Source of the DNA: a virus
Strand: one strand, 5' to 3'
Length of the DNA stretch: 64,000 bases
IMG/VR virus record: IMGVR_UViG_3300045988_052780
A program made the position numbers and the translations under genes. This document shows positions 1 to 10,324 of the stretch, one piece after another. Each line of letters opens with the position of its first letter. Position 1 is the first letter of the stretch. The notes under the pieces are model-generated. The model did not search any database, was not told the origin of the DNA, and saw only the letters and a list, made by a program, of their open reading frames with translations.

Positions 1-495
1 TCTGTAAGTAGGATTGTCATTAACTGGAATTCCTAAGAACTCAGCAGCTTCGATAACTCCATTAACACCTACAGTTAAATACTGTTTCTTCATATGAATG
101 AATCCAGCAGAATAGACAGTTAGTAAACCATCATTTAAATAGTCTTTGAGTAATTCATTATATGCAGTTTGATATTTATGAACTTTCTGAACGTTTTCAC
201 GTAAATACTCAATCATATCGTATCCGTTATTAACTGCATCTTGAACTAATCTATTAATATTTAAAGTCATTACAGATTTGCTACCAGTAGCAATACCACC
301 AGCTCCAAGAGAATAACTAAATTGATTATCAGTTACTTCATTGCGAAGTCTACAACAACTTGACAGACTATCTGCTGAATCAGACATATAAGTAAAGAAT
401 GAGTGTCCCTTACTATACATCTCTGCTGTAAAGTCTGCCCATTCTTTATCTACTACATCCTCTCCATCAGTAAGAAGTGCTACAGTTTCGACCAT
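1..495 (-). CDS. nrdD: anaerobic ribonucleoside-triphosphate reductase NrdD, C-terminal part (start ATG at 495; 5'-truncated by window edge)
   Basis: Minus-strand translation from 495 reads MVETVALLTDGEDVVDKEW...CCRLRNE...SYSLGAGG, typical of the class III RNR C-terminal region. Its ATG lies 4 nt after the stop of the HNH ORF. Confidence 0.55.
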   Translation of the reverse strand, partial: MVETVALLTDGEDVVDKEWADFTAEMYSKGHSFFTYMSDSADSLSSCCRLRNEVTDNQFSYSLGAGGIATGSKSVMTLNINRLVQDAVNNGYDMIEYLRENVQKVHKYQTAYNELLKDYLNDGLLTVYSAGFIHMKKQYLTVGVNGVIEAAEFLGIPVNDNPTYR

Positions 496-499
496 TCTG

Positions 500-1246
500 T
501 TACACCTCACCCTCGGTAGGTGAGTGATTTATTAAGTATTCGTATTTCTTGTTCTCACTACTAACTATCTTGCCATAGATTTCTATTTCGTGTAATAGTC
601 TATTCTTGATAGCCTCTTCTTCCGTGTCATACCATTCGATTAAGGATTCTCCATCCTTCTTTATATAGCATCTCCAGCATTTACCATCTCGTCTATTAGA
701 GTGATAACTAACACCTACTACTTTACCGTAGTGTCTGTTAACTACATTTATTGCTTGAGATACTACTCTAAGATTCTCCATTCTATTGTCTAGTCTAATT
801 CCATTAATATGGTCCACTACAGTCTTAGCATCGTAACCCTCTGTTTCAGTCAGAATCTTATGAATTAGCCGCGTCTTACCATCAGTTTTAGTTACTGCGT
901 AACCTTCACTATTAATATAAATCTTAAACTGTTGTAAGAACTCTTTCTTATCTAAATCGAATATTACTTCACCAGTGATTTCACCATGTACTCCTCTACA
1001 TACACAGACATTATCTCTCCACTCATTAGCATCCTTCTGGGTGAATTGAGATATCTCTCCATGTCTATACATTTGTAAATAGTGCTTTCTACAATAATAC
1101 TGTCCATCTCCCTTAAACTTACTTACTCTACCAGTGCCATTACCGACACTAGCTCCACATATACAGCAAATTCTTTCGTTAGTCTCCATATTTATAAAGT
1201 TGTTACTTGTTTCACTTAATGAGACAAAGATACAACTTATTCCCAA
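500..1246 (-). CDS. HNH homing endonuclease (HNH_3 motif DHINGIRLDNRMENLR plus AP2-like DNA-binding domain) inserted inside nrdD
   Basis: ORF track 248 aa with the DHINGxxxDNRxxNLR HNH motif and a C-terminal AP2-like YHSNRRDGKCWRCYIKKDGE...EEEAIKNR segment. It sits between the two nrdD halves. Confidence 0.8.
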   Translation of the reverse strand: MGISCIFVSLSETSNNFINMETNERICCICGASVGNGTGRVSKFKGDGQYYCRKHYLQMYRHGEISQFTQKDANEWRDNVCVCRGVHGEITGEVIFDLDKKEFLQQFKIYINSEGYAVTKTDGKTRLIHKILTETEGYDAKTVVDHINGIRLDNRMENLRVVSQAINVVNRHYGKVVGVSYHSNRRDGKCWRCYIKKDGESLIEWYDTEEEAIKNRLLHEIEIYGKIVSSENKKYEYLINHSPTEGEV

Positions 1247-1390
1247 TAGAAACTAACTTTAATGGACATACTTAATAAACGGGAGAATACTTCAATTCTC
1301 CTCTATATGTTACCATATAGTTCCGACTATCGCATACCTTAATACATTATATTCACACATAACGTATTAAAGTCCTCTATATTTAGTCTG

Positions 1391-2518
1391 TCAGGCTGCA
1401 CACTTAACGTTGCTTGCCCCCTGTTGTCCTAATATTAGGAGTTCCAAGTCAATTAATAGAGGTTTTAATTCCCCATCGAAATTCCAAGGGAATGTAAGAA
1501 TACACTTAGTGCGTTCATTATTAAACCAAGTCATAAACTTCTTCTGTAACCAGTTCAAAGAATCCCATATGGGCTTAGTTCCATCTGGGAATACAAACTC
1601 ACCAAATAAACCTTCAAAGTAATTCTTATCAAAATAACTGATATTCCAGAATACTGATTGGAAGTTACGAGCAGCTGCTGGTTGATTGATTGAATATACA
1701 ATCTGTTGGAACTTCTGTTCAATAGTCTTATCAATATTTCTATGTTTATCAACCATCTCTTCTGGACGTTTCCAATAATCATCACCCCATTCTTTACGAG
1801 CGAAGTAATCGAAATACATTAGGAACTCACCAGTAGCTACTGCTCCAGCGAATTGTGAGCTGATAGCAAATACCAGATTAACAAACATACCGCAGAAGGA
1901 GTCCAGATTCTTAGGCTTGGCAGACAAACCTCCAATTGGCTGTAGCCCTTCAAGTAGGAACGGATACATAGTGATAGCCACGCAGTAGGGCATAATTGAT
2001 GTTTCATCATGCTTGTAAAGTTCATGAGATTCCAGTTGTCTAATATACTCCTTAGCTAAATCTTCACCATATAACTGCCTAATTTTATCTGTAAGGATTG
2101 CTCTATTAACTTTAATTACATCACCCTTAAACAACTCTCCATTTAAAGTTACTATATTCTTCTCAGTAACATTGGCATTAGCATCATATTTACTACCTGT
2201 AGCAGCATTAGATGCTTTGGCATAATCTTTAATAAACTGCTTCTTCCCAGCTAATGCTCTGAGTTCAGCTTGTTTATGTCGATACAAAATGAATGCTTTA
2301 GCGACATCATAGTAATCACAAGCCATCAAAGCCTTTTCAATTTGATCTTGAAGCTCTTCTACTGATACTATGTTGTTAATATACAATTCATCTTTAATAT
2401 CATCCAAAATATCGGAATCAATTGGTTCGTTAACAGCATTGAACGCCTTAGTAATAGCCGCGTCAATCTTATTAATATCGAAAGGTTCTACTCTCTTATT
2501 TCTTTTAATTACTAACAT
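1391..2518 (-). CDS. nrdD: anaerobic ribonucleoside-triphosphate reductase NrdD, N-terminal part (ATP-cone plus start of catalytic domain)
   Basis: N-terminal ATP-cone (MLVIKRNKRVEPFDINKIDAAITKAF...) followed by class III RNR-like sequence. The ORF ends 144 nt before the HNH start. Confidence 0.7.
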   Translation of the reverse strand: MLVIKRNKRVEPFDINKIDAAITKAFNAVNEPIDSDILDDIKDELYINNIVSVEELQDQIEKALMACDYYDVAKAFILYRHKQAELRALAGKKQFIKDYAKASNAATGSKYDANANVTEKNIVTLNGELFKGDVIKVNRAILTDKIRQLYGEDLAKEYIRQLESHELYKHDETSIMPYCVAITMYPFLLEGLQPIGGLSAKPKNLDSFCGMFVNLVFAISSQFAGAVATGEFLMYFDYFARKEWGDDYWKRPEEMVDKHRNIDKTIEQKFQQIVYSINQPAAARNFQSVFWNISYFDKNYFEGLFGEFVFPDGTKPIWDSLNWLQKKFMTWFNNERTKCILTFPWNFDGELKPLLIDLELLILGQQGASNVKCAA

Positions 2519-2523
2519 TCAAT

Positions 2524-3303
2524 TTAGAAGTTTAATATGTTTCTTAGTAATAGAGTCTTCTCTGCTCTATTCATCAAATCTTTGCCCTTGTCATTACTAA
2601 TTAACTGAGTAAATGCATTATACACAGTAAACATATCCACCTCATTACCCTCTCCTATATAATAGCTAGAATCAGGGTCTTCAAACATAGAACCATAAGC
2701 CTTAACAACAAGGTCTGTTCCTATCTTTACGTCTCCATACCCACCATTATAGGTCATAGATATAGCGTTTCTAACCCATCTACCTAGATTAGAGTCTATA
2801 TTACTTGGAGTTCCTTCCCATGTAGTATTATGTAAGGTGTCCAACATCAATTTAATATCACTGGTTTGTGATAAAAGGTGTTCAACAGCTTTATAATTGA
2901 TGGGCTTCTCAGACTCTAAGTTCTGAACTTGCAAGAACTCTGGGTCAAAGACACATAAGTTTGTACATGCTCTATTAAGAGCGCCTCTATAAATCTTAGC
3001 TACTGGTTTACGGACATCTAATCCATATACCATACCAATAACTTCATCGTGATTATCTATTCTGCAATTCTCTGGCATTACAGCTTGAATAAGTACACGA
3101 TTATAAGTGATATCATCTGCATTAACCTCTCCATCTGCTGTTCTAGTAACTTGCTTAGGAAGTTCTGCTTCCACTATAAAGTTACTAGTAAACTTATACA
3201 TTCTTTCTAGAAAGGGTTCTACATAAGCAGCCGTAGGGAAGTAATTACGCTTCCCTATTCTGGTTGCTTTACCATTTAACAGTTGATCAATCGTCAGTTG
3301 CAT
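2524..3303 (-). CDS. hypothetical protein
   Basis: 259-aa ORF, tightly packed, with phage-like codon usage. Confidence 0.45.
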   Translation of the reverse strand: MQLTIDQLLNGKATRIGKRNYFPTAAYVEPFLERMYKFTSNFIVEAELPKQVTRTADGEVNADDITYNRVLIQAVMPENCRIDNHDEVIGMVYGLDVRKPVAKIYRGALNRACTNLCVFDPEFLQVQNLESEKPINYKAVEHLLSQTSDIKLMLDTLHNTTWEGTPSNIDSNLGRWVRNAISMTYNGGYGDVKIGTDLVVKAYGSMFEDPDSSYYIGEGNEVDMFTVYNAFTQLISNDKGKDLMNRAEKTLLLRNILNF

Positions 3304-3956
3304 TATACACAGTACAATATCGGCTTTGGTAATTCTAGTAATCTAGCAGCATAATATACAGCTCTTAATGGATTCGCATTGTTGCCATCAAAAGGCATAG
3401 TATTATAATTAAAATAACCAACGCCACATTTCTTAGCAATTGTATATAGTCTTACTAACAACTTAGTAGATTGCTTTTCTATTGGCTCGATATCCTTTAA
3501 CAAAAGCTGATTTATCAAATACTTTAGGGCTTCCGTGCAAGTAGCTCTGGTATCACCACCGCTAAATGTATGATTGTCTATCATAATTGCTCGCACAGTA
3601 ACTCCACAAAATGCATCCTCAGCATACTTTACTTCACCACTCATCATTTCAATAGGAGTTCCCACCAATCCCTGTACAGGATGGACAGGTTTCTCTACAT
3701 CTCTGTCATTAATGGTTATCTTACTAGAATCTAGTTGCTTTGAGGCTTTAGAAATCATACTATCTTTAACAATAGTAGGAAAATCATCTATGTTAGTTTG
3801 GCCAGTTACTCTAAATCCAACAGCTGGCAAATTACTCATAAGATTATCCTCGGCTCGTTGAAAGTCTAGTTTACTTTGTTCTAACGCCTTAAAAGCATTT
3901 ACATAGTCATCACAATTAGCTCTAAGAGCTATTACATCATCAATAGTTAAAGTCAT
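3303..3956 (-). CDS. hypothetical protein
   Basis: 217-aa ORF. Its start/stop overlaps the downstream gene by 1 nt. Confidence 0.45.
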   Translation of the reverse strand: MTLTIDDVIALRANCDDYVNAFKALEQSKLDFQRAEDNLMSNLPAVGFRVTGQTNIDDFPTIVKDSMISKASKQLDSSKITINDRDVEKPVHPVQGLVGTPIEMMSGEVKYAEDAFCGVTVRAIMIDNHTFSGGDTRATCTEALKYLINQLLLKDIEPIEKQSTKLLVRLYTIAKKCGVGYFNYNTMPFDGNNANPLRAVYYAARLLELPKPILYCV

Positions 3957-3964
3957 TGTTTACA

Positions 3965-5527
3965 TTATTGTAAGATAATTCGTCCATCTAACGTGTTCTT
4001 ACCATCTACAATACTATAATCACAGGATGCAAGAGTATTACCGAAGTTCTTGTGTATCCACTCAGAACTTCCAAATAATGAGCCTACAGACTTATAAGTA
4101 AATCTTCTACCATAGGTAGTAGCGGACTGATGCAAGTCTCCTTTTACAAAGACTACATTACCGGAGATTCCCCTATTATCTAGATACTCATTAATAAAAT
4201 TCTCAGTCTTTACATCTAAGGTTAGCGGTAAATTCTTGAACATATCCTTGTTATCTTTACCATGACACATTACATAAGTAACGTCACCAAGTTTGAACTC
4301 TCCGATAAATTTATCAAATACTTGACACTTAATATCGAACTGTTCAAGTATAGCAGCCAATGCTATATTAGCAGCATATCCAAAATCACCGTCATGGTTG
4401 GATTCCCCAACGCAGTAATAATATAAATTGGAATGCTTAATCTCTTCCTGTATAGACTTAATAAAACTAGTCATTAGTTTTATATAAGTATGCAGTTGTT
4501 CCTTATTGCTCATATTTTGAGCTAGGTCATGTCCACCTCTAGTAGTCTGGCCATTATATCCATCTAGAGAGTCTCCAAGATTACAGATAACAATATTCTC
4601 AAATCCTCCACCTATATGATAGGCTTCTGTATATACTCTTTTAAGAATCATATCAAATCTTCTCTTCATCTCTTCCTCATTATAAGGATTTTGATAAATA
4701 GATTGTGGAGATACAGCTGCTCCAGTATGAATATCAGATAGCCAAATGATTAAGTCTTTACCATTGGTTATCATAGGTGCTTTGCCCCAATCATACAAAT
4801 TATTAATGTCTAAACCTTCTAGAATATGTTTACCATCTTCAATCTTAGACTTTAATTCTGCATTCTCTAATGCATATTTCTTTAATAAGGATTCATTCTG
4901 TTTTATCCTTTGAGTTTCTATGCCTCTAAGAAAGTCATTCTCCTTCTCTCTTAGTTGCATAACTTGAAGCTGTTCAGGAGTATTCTCCTCTATGATATGA
5001 GGAGCAAATGGAGCTGAAGCCTTAGTAATATTAAACACTCTCAGAATCTTCTTGAAATCTTCCAATGAATATTCTGGGAAGCTACGGCTAACTTCTCTTT
5101 GCGTGATAGAAGAGCCATAATATGAATACAATCTATAAATCATATTCATTTCATCACGTGTAAGTCTTCCGGCTAAAGGAGCTTTATCACGCAAAGGCAC
5201 AGTAAATTCATAGGCAATAATCCTACCTTCTGTGTCTCTTATATACTGAATGGTTCCAGTACTAGTCTTTTCAGAGGTATTCTTGGCTTTGGATTTAGTA
5301 GTTCCAACATAACCTCGTTCTTTAATCTGTTTAAACAAATCCATGACAGTAGAATACTGTTCATTAGATACTTTGTTAGCCTCATAGTCAAACTCCAGTT
5401 GCTTACGCTTATTGCAGAAATAATTCTGAGGAAGACCTGTCTTCTCAGCATAAGCATTCATACTGACGTTATCTTTAATTACGTTATGTAAGTGACTGAT
5501 CAATTTGACTAGAGTTTCGTTTCTCAT
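3965..5527 (-). CDS. calcineurin-like metallophosphoesterase (Mre11/SbcD-like nuclease or phosphatase) with an N-terminal helical, possibly DNA-binding region
   Basis: Metallophosphatase motifs are present: LSDIHTG (motif I), NLGDSLDG (II), GESNHDG (III) and CHGKD (GNH-type). Confidence 0.6.
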   Translation of the reverse strand: MRNETLVKLISHLHNVIKDNVSMNAYAEKTGLPQNYFCNKRKQLEFDYEANKVSNEQYSTVMDLFKQIKERGYVGTTKSKAKNTSEKTSTGTIQYIRDTEGRIIAYEFTVPLRDKAPLAGRLTRDEMNMIYRLYSYYGSSITQREVSRSFPEYSLEDFKKILRVFNITKASAPFAPHIIEENTPEQLQVMQLREKENDFLRGIETQRIKQNESLLKKYALENAELKSKIEDGKHILEGLDINNLYDWGKAPMITNGKDLIIWLSDIHTGAAVSPQSIYQNPYNEEEMKRRFDMILKRVYTEAYHIGGGFENIVICNLGDSLDGYNGQTTRGGHDLAQNMSNKEQLHTYIKLMTSFIKSIQEEIKHSNLYYYCVGESNHDGDFGYAANIALAAILEQFDIKCQVFDKFIGEFKLGDVTYVMCHGKDNKDMFKNLPLTLDVKTENFINEYLDNRGISGNVVFVKGDLHQSATTYGRRFTYKSVGSLFGSSEWIHKNFGNTLASCDYSIVDGKNTLDGRIILQ

Positions 5528-5672
5528 ATTACTGATGTAAATTAGATAGCCTTTCGGCCTTAATATAAAATTTCTAATCTCTTTGTTACTAAGTATCTAT
5601 AAAGAATAAGGGGACTACCTTATTAAACATAAGATAATCCCCTTGATATTTAAGGTCAATAGAAGTTATAAC

Positions 5673-6230
5673 TTATCCTTCAACCCCAAAGCAGATATAT
5701 GTACCCATCTTAGCTGACTTAGACGGAGTGTACTTAACTTCAAAAGCACCATCCTCACCTTCAACTACTGCCTTAATATACTTGCAATATACGTCACCAG
5801 TGTAGTCTTTCTTAGTGTACAGCTCCTTAGCTACTTCTTTAGCCTTAGTCTTAGTCTCGAAATTGATAAACAGTACTTCACCAGTTGCAGGATTAATACC
5901 TTGATAACCAGTCTTATACTTTCTCTTACCCTTCTCATTCTTAATGTCAATCATAGTGTACGGACGCTCGCGAGTGTCAGCAGAACCTGCCTCAAACGTA
6001 ATGGAACATCCAACACCAGCAGCCATCTTAGTATGTTTAGTAAGATATTCAGCGCAGAATTCCTTCAATGCTTTGTCAGTGATGGGCTTACCGGCAGCTT
6101 TCCATGCCTGAGTAGCATCACGAATTACTTGGAATGGGGCTTGTGCAACTGCTTCTTGTTTAGTGTAACCTTTAACTTCTACTTTCTTAAAATTTACTTG
6201 ATTAGTCATAATTAATTGAGTTTTAAACAT
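5673..6230 (-). CDS. hypothetical protein
   Basis: 185-aa ORF. Confidence 0.4.
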   Translation of the reverse strand: MFKTQLIMTNQVNFKKVEVKGYTKQEAVAQAPFQVIRDATQAWKAAGKPITDKALKEFCAEYLTKHTKMAAGVGCSITFEAGSADTRERPYTMIDIKNEKGKRKYKTGYQGINPATGEVLFINFETKTKAKEVAKELYTKKDYTGDVYCKYIKAVVEGEDGAFEVKYTPSKSAKMGTYICFGVEG

Positions 6231-6656
6231 TATTCCATTGAGTGTAATCTCTTTGTTATTGTATTACAAAGGTACTGCTTTAATATTGGATTACCAAGCA
6301 ATACTGATGTAAAATAATCTTAATGTTGTATTCTCAATCTGACCTCTTCTTTCATGGAGGATGCTGCAAAGGTACTACTTTATCTCCAATTGGACAAGTA
6401 ATGACTAATAAATAATACGATAAATTATTTTAACTATTATCATTAGGTGGAAAGCAAAATGTATTATTGCACATTCCACGCCATGTAGCTTCACTCTCTT
6501 CATAGAATTTATCTATTATGCCATTCTCATCATTAGCGATTATCCCAGTAGCCCATAACAGTTGATTAAATCTCATGTCTGGATACTTGTCTATTAAATC
6601 GGATAGCTTACTAAGAATAGCCTTGTTGTTTACATATCTAGTGTTATTCATACACT

Positions 6657-7049
6657 TTAAAATGGTAAATCTGGAGTTGAATCTTCCCAGGGTAATTCTT
6701 TATCAAGAATCTCATTGATTTTATCAACCATTTCCTTAGAAGACTTCATATCGAATGTAAGGAACTCTGTGGTATTTCTCATGAAATCGTCGCAGATAAC
6801 TGCAAGACCTTTAAGAATCCTTTCAGAGTTATGAGACTCTTTGCCCTTACGAACTTTCTGAATTACTTGCCAGGTAGTAGCATTAGGAGTCTTATTTCTG
6901 GCTTGCTTAGTAAGGAAGCATATTAGTGAGATTAAGGCAAACTTAGTTCCTATATCACAAGCTAAACACCCCAAACTGAAGTAATCCTTATAATACTCCC
7001 TTAAGTCATTCAGAGTTGGTTCATAGTATTCCATCAGCATCGTATCCAT
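6657..7049 (-). CDS. hypothetical protein
   Basis: 130-aa ORF overlapping the start of the upstream gene by 29 nt. Confidence 0.35.
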   Translation of the reverse strand: MDTMLMEYYEPTLNDLREYYKDYFSLGCLACDIGTKFALISLICFLTKQARNKTPNATTWQVIQKVRKGKESHNSERILKGLAVICDDFMRNTTEFLTFDMKSSKEMVDKINEILDKELPWEDSTPDLPF

Positions 7050-8058
7050 ACAATTCGTAGTATGCTACCATACGTAACAACTTAGTAAACTCTAAGAATC
7101 CTTCTTTCATATGGCCATTAGTAACTGGGTATACTCCAGACCTGAAATCAGGAACTGTAGATACTACCAGCATATTAGCCTTTAAAGAAGGTTTGACCTT
7201 ATATGTGTTCTCAATATACAGTTTAAGCATCCACATATACATAGCCATTTGTCTAGCATAATGATACTTATCAAAACTCTCGCCAAACTTAGTAAGATAA
7301 TGCCCACTTGTCTTTAAGTCATTGAGTGTTAACTCATCGCTATCAGGACAGTATGTGAAATTATCAAGTTTAGCTTTAAGTTTTAATACTTTATTCTTGC
7401 CACCATGTTCTACTAACACAGACATTAATAAGGCTGCTTCATTAGCTATAACAGGTTCTGCAAATAAACCTTCTGGTTTTAGTAATGACTGTATTTGCTT
7501 ATTGCATTCAACTGATGTGAGACATTCTCGTAGCTTGTCTCTAGACTTGGGATCTAAATAAATAGGAACCTTATCGGCAACATATTTACTTCCCCATTCA
7601 TAGGCTGTACGCTGAGCATAGTAGTCTTCGCATTTAACACGTAGAGCTTCCATCTTATCAGCATCCATTTTACCCTTATAATAGCTAATTTTATTTGATG
7701 CTGCTATAATTTCGTCAGCAGTAACAACATGATTAGCTACAAATGTAAGATATAATTCATCCGCCATGAATCCAGCTTTAGCTGTAGGTCTATTAACTGT
7801 TTCTACAAGAATAAATGATTCTGGTTGCAGTATTAATTCATGCACTGCTGAACCAAAATACAGTGAGTCAGAATACCTAGAGTCCGCTTCTAAACCAGCT
7901 TTATACAAAGCAGGACTTCCACCCTGCTCTGGATTTATTAGCTTCAATCTAGAGTTACTGATGTAATCAGAATAAGCATCCCCGAAGTATTCTTCATCAC
8001 TTATGTCTAAATATTCTATGGTTTCAATTAGTGGTGTTATTTTAATTTCCTCAAGCAT
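7021..8058 (-). CDS. putative PD-(D/E)XK RecB-family nuclease / exonuclease
   Basis: C-terminal QxxxY-like motif (YARQMAMYMW) with upstream acidic residues, consistent with Cas4/RecB-type nucleases. The call is weak. Confidence 0.35.
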   Translation of the reverse strand: MLEEIKITPLIETIEYLDISDEEYFGDAYSDYISNSRLKLINPEQGGSPALYKAGLEADSRYSDSLYFGSAVHELILQPESFILVETVNRPTAKAGFMADELYLTFVANHVVTADEIIAASNKISYYKGKMDADKMEALRVKCEDYYAQRTAYEWGSKYVADKVPIYLDPKSRDKLRECLTSVECNKQIQSLLKPEGLFAEPVIANEAALLMSVLVEHGGKNKVLKLKAKLDNFTYCPDSDELTLNDLKTSGHYLTKFGESFDKYHYARQMAMYMWMLKLYIENTYKVKPSLKANMLVVSTVPDFRSGVYPVTNGHMKEGFLEFTKLLRMVAYYELYGYDADGIL

Positions 8059-8554
8059 ATTGCTTCATAAATAGATAAGCATCGATTATCTCAGTTCTAT
8101 TTAGTGAGAATACCTTGAACATAGGGAAGTCAACAGTTCTGTCTGTATGATACAGTAGTGCTGGCACCCCAGAACGTTGACATTTGATTACATTACTTAA
8201 AGAATCATCAATAAAGACATCCACTTTACCTTTAATCATATCAGCTTTGTTACCATGCTGGTATACCATTTGATAAATTGGTCTGTCAGGAAATCCATTC
8301 CTCCTGAGCCATTCTCTAGTCCATGCCTTATTATTGACTCTCTTAGTACAATACAGCTCTGGAATAAAGTCAGGTCTATTAATAACTGGGAGATTTAACC
8401 AGAAATCTCTCTCCTTACTAAGGATCTGTTGTACATTCCTAGTAATTATATGGTCTTTAAGCATGTGAGGATTATTAGCTGTATCAAAACGCTCACAATA
8501 AGCATCCCAAAACCCAGCCAAACAATCATCTATATCTAATCCTATTCTGAACAT
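8051..8554 (-). CDS. 5'(3')-deoxyribonucleotidase, HAD superfamily (NT5C-like)
   Basis: N-terminal GLDIDDCLAGF matches the NT5C DxDxV/T catalytic motif. The 167-aa size fits the family. Confidence 0.55.
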   Translation of the reverse strand: MFRIGLDIDDCLAGFWDAYCERFDTANNPHMLKDHIITRNVQQILSKERDFWLNLPVINRPDFIPELYCTKRVNNKAWTREWLRRNGFPDRPIYQMVYQHGNKADMIKGKVDVFIDDSLSNVIKCQRSGVPALLYHTDRTVDFPMFKVFSLNRTEIIDAYLFMKQYA

Positions 8555-8907
8555 TCAATAGCATCTTGTTATGATTCTAGAATTCTTCTATATCATAGAT
8601 GTCACCAATAATTATCTCTCTGTCTCTTGACATGATTACCCCTAGTTCTTCATAATCTCCAGGTAGATCAATATCATAATCTTCAACGAACAAGTTTATG
8701 AACTTGTCTTCAGCTTCTGTGAAGCTTCTAGCTCTCACTTTCTCTAACCACAAGTCTCCATTATTAAGACCATAACATGGTAGAATGTAAGTACTCATTT
8801 ATTTAGTTTAAAATTTTAAGGCAATATAGAACTTCATAAGACAAATCAAAGCCGTAGGTAAGTCTTACTTCAGTTAAAGTGTCTTCATAAATTTCAACCA
8901 TCTCTTA

Positions 8908-9297
8908 CTAAGACTTCTTAATAAGTTCGTAAAAGAAATCTTTACTCATCATAACGTATTCTCCATCAGAGCCCATATTCACACCTTTATCAACTTGTTT
9001 ATTCCAGACTATTACTAATGGTCTGTCTTTACGTCCACAAGTTTTGATGATTTCAGCAATAGATGGAGTATTCTTAGTACATTTGCATTGAACATAACAA
9101 GGTAATTTGTCCTCGGTTTCTGCAATATCAATCTTAGCATCATCCAAATTCTTAGATTCACTACGAGACGATTTCAATCCTTTATAACCGAGTTCAATTA
9201 ATTCCTTAATAATTTTAAGTTCATAATTATTACCCTTACGTTTAGCATAAGCACCGTTACGTTTCTTCTTTGGTTTTACTTCTTCAGTACCTTCCAT
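8908..9297 (-). CDS. Holliday junction resolvase-like PD-(D/E)XK endonuclease (Hjc-like)
   Basis: Hjc-like pattern G-x2-YE-x4-KxLxxxGY ... D ... CYVQCK (GNNYELKIIKELIELGY...DIAETEDKLPCYVQCKCT). Confidence 0.45.
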   Translation of the reverse strand: MEGTEEVKPKKKRNGAYAKRKGNNYELKIIKELIELGYKGLKSSRSESKNLDDAKIDIAETEDKLPCYVQCKCTKNTPSIAEIIKTCGRKDRPLVIVWNKQVDKGVNMGSDGEYVMMSKDFFYELIKKS

Positions 9298-10277
9298 GCT
9301 TCGTTAATTAAGTTAAGTGTTGCATCTCTACCATATTTAGCATGAAAGTCGGATATATCCTTAGCTCCATAAGATCTAGGAATCCATAGGCATTCTACTC
9401 CAAATTGCTTCCTTATCCGATTCATATTATGAATTCCAGCTAAGTCATTGTCATAGAACACTACTATCTTCTTAAATCTCTTGCTGAGTTTCTCAAACTG
9501 AGATTCAGTTATGAATAGATTCTCAGAATTAGGAGCTATTGCAGTAATCCCTAAAGAATATAAGCACATTACATCCTTCATACTTTTAGTAATTACTAAC
9601 AAATTACCTTCTGCTGGGAGTTGATGAGCTCCTTGCAACATGATAGCCTTCCAATTAGAAAGGAATCTTGTAGTTCCTTTGTCCCTAAATGGAAAGTATA
9701 TACGCCATAACTCAATGCCTTTATCGTTTTTACCTCGATAATAGCCGAATATGGGGTTCTGAGAACCAGTAGTAGCATAATAATTCCCATTCAGGAATAC
9801 AGTTTTACATGAGTACACTCTAAATTTCTTTAGAATATCCTTAGTAATTCCATATCTATGCCACCATTCCAGCTCTTTATCAGTGAATTCCTGTATTTCA
9901 GCCCGTATAACAGCAGGTCCCTTGTCTTTAAACTCAGTACTACTAATTACTGGCTTACTACCTTTAGGCAACGTCTTGTGTTTGATATAACCAAAATCAT
10001 TAGCAATGATTTGTAAAGCCTTATAATAAGAGCAGCTATACTTATACATTACTACACTGATAAAATTGCCATAAAATTGTCCACTGAAATCATTGAAGAT
10101 GATATCCCCAGACGCATTCCTATAAAAGGAACACGTAGGAGAGTTATCATTTCTCAACGGAGATTTAAACAGTCCCTTCTTTACTGGGATACCAAGATAA
10201 TACTCAAGATATGTCTCCTGAGATTGCCTTTCAAGTAAATACTTCTTAGTAATTTTAGGTTCATACTCTAATACCAT
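9276..10277 (-). CDS. DNA primase, DnaG-like (zinc-binding N-terminus plus Toprim domain)
   Basis: Toprim motifs are present: LLVITKSMKDV...E and VVFYDNDLAG (DxD). The N-terminal cysteine region resembles the primase zinc finger. Confidence 0.7.
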   Translation of the reverse strand: MVLEYEPKITKKYLLERQSQETYLEYYLGIPVKKGLFKSPLRNDNSPTCSFYRNASGDIIFNDFSGQFYGNFISVVMYKYSCSYYKALQIIANDFGYIKHKTLPKGSKPVISSTEFKDKGPAVIRAEIQEFTDKELEWWHRYGITKDILKKFRVYSCKTVFLNGNYYATTGSQNPIFGYYRGKNDKGIELWRIYFPFRDKGTTRFLSNWKAIMLQGAHQLPAEGNLLVITKSMKDVMCLYSLGITAIAPNSENLFITESQFEKLSKRFKKIVVFYDNDLAGIHNMNRIRKQFGVECLWIPRSYGAKDISDFHAKYGRDATLNLINEAWKVLKK

Positions 10278-10324
10278 ATTGATTCGATACTTAATGTTAG
10301 AACCTTAAAGTTACTAATTATTTC

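Noticed and set aside
1410-1622. Plus-strand 70-aa ORF and minus 1555..1785, 1837..2025
   Set aside because: They are nested within or antisense to the nrdD N-terminal coding region.
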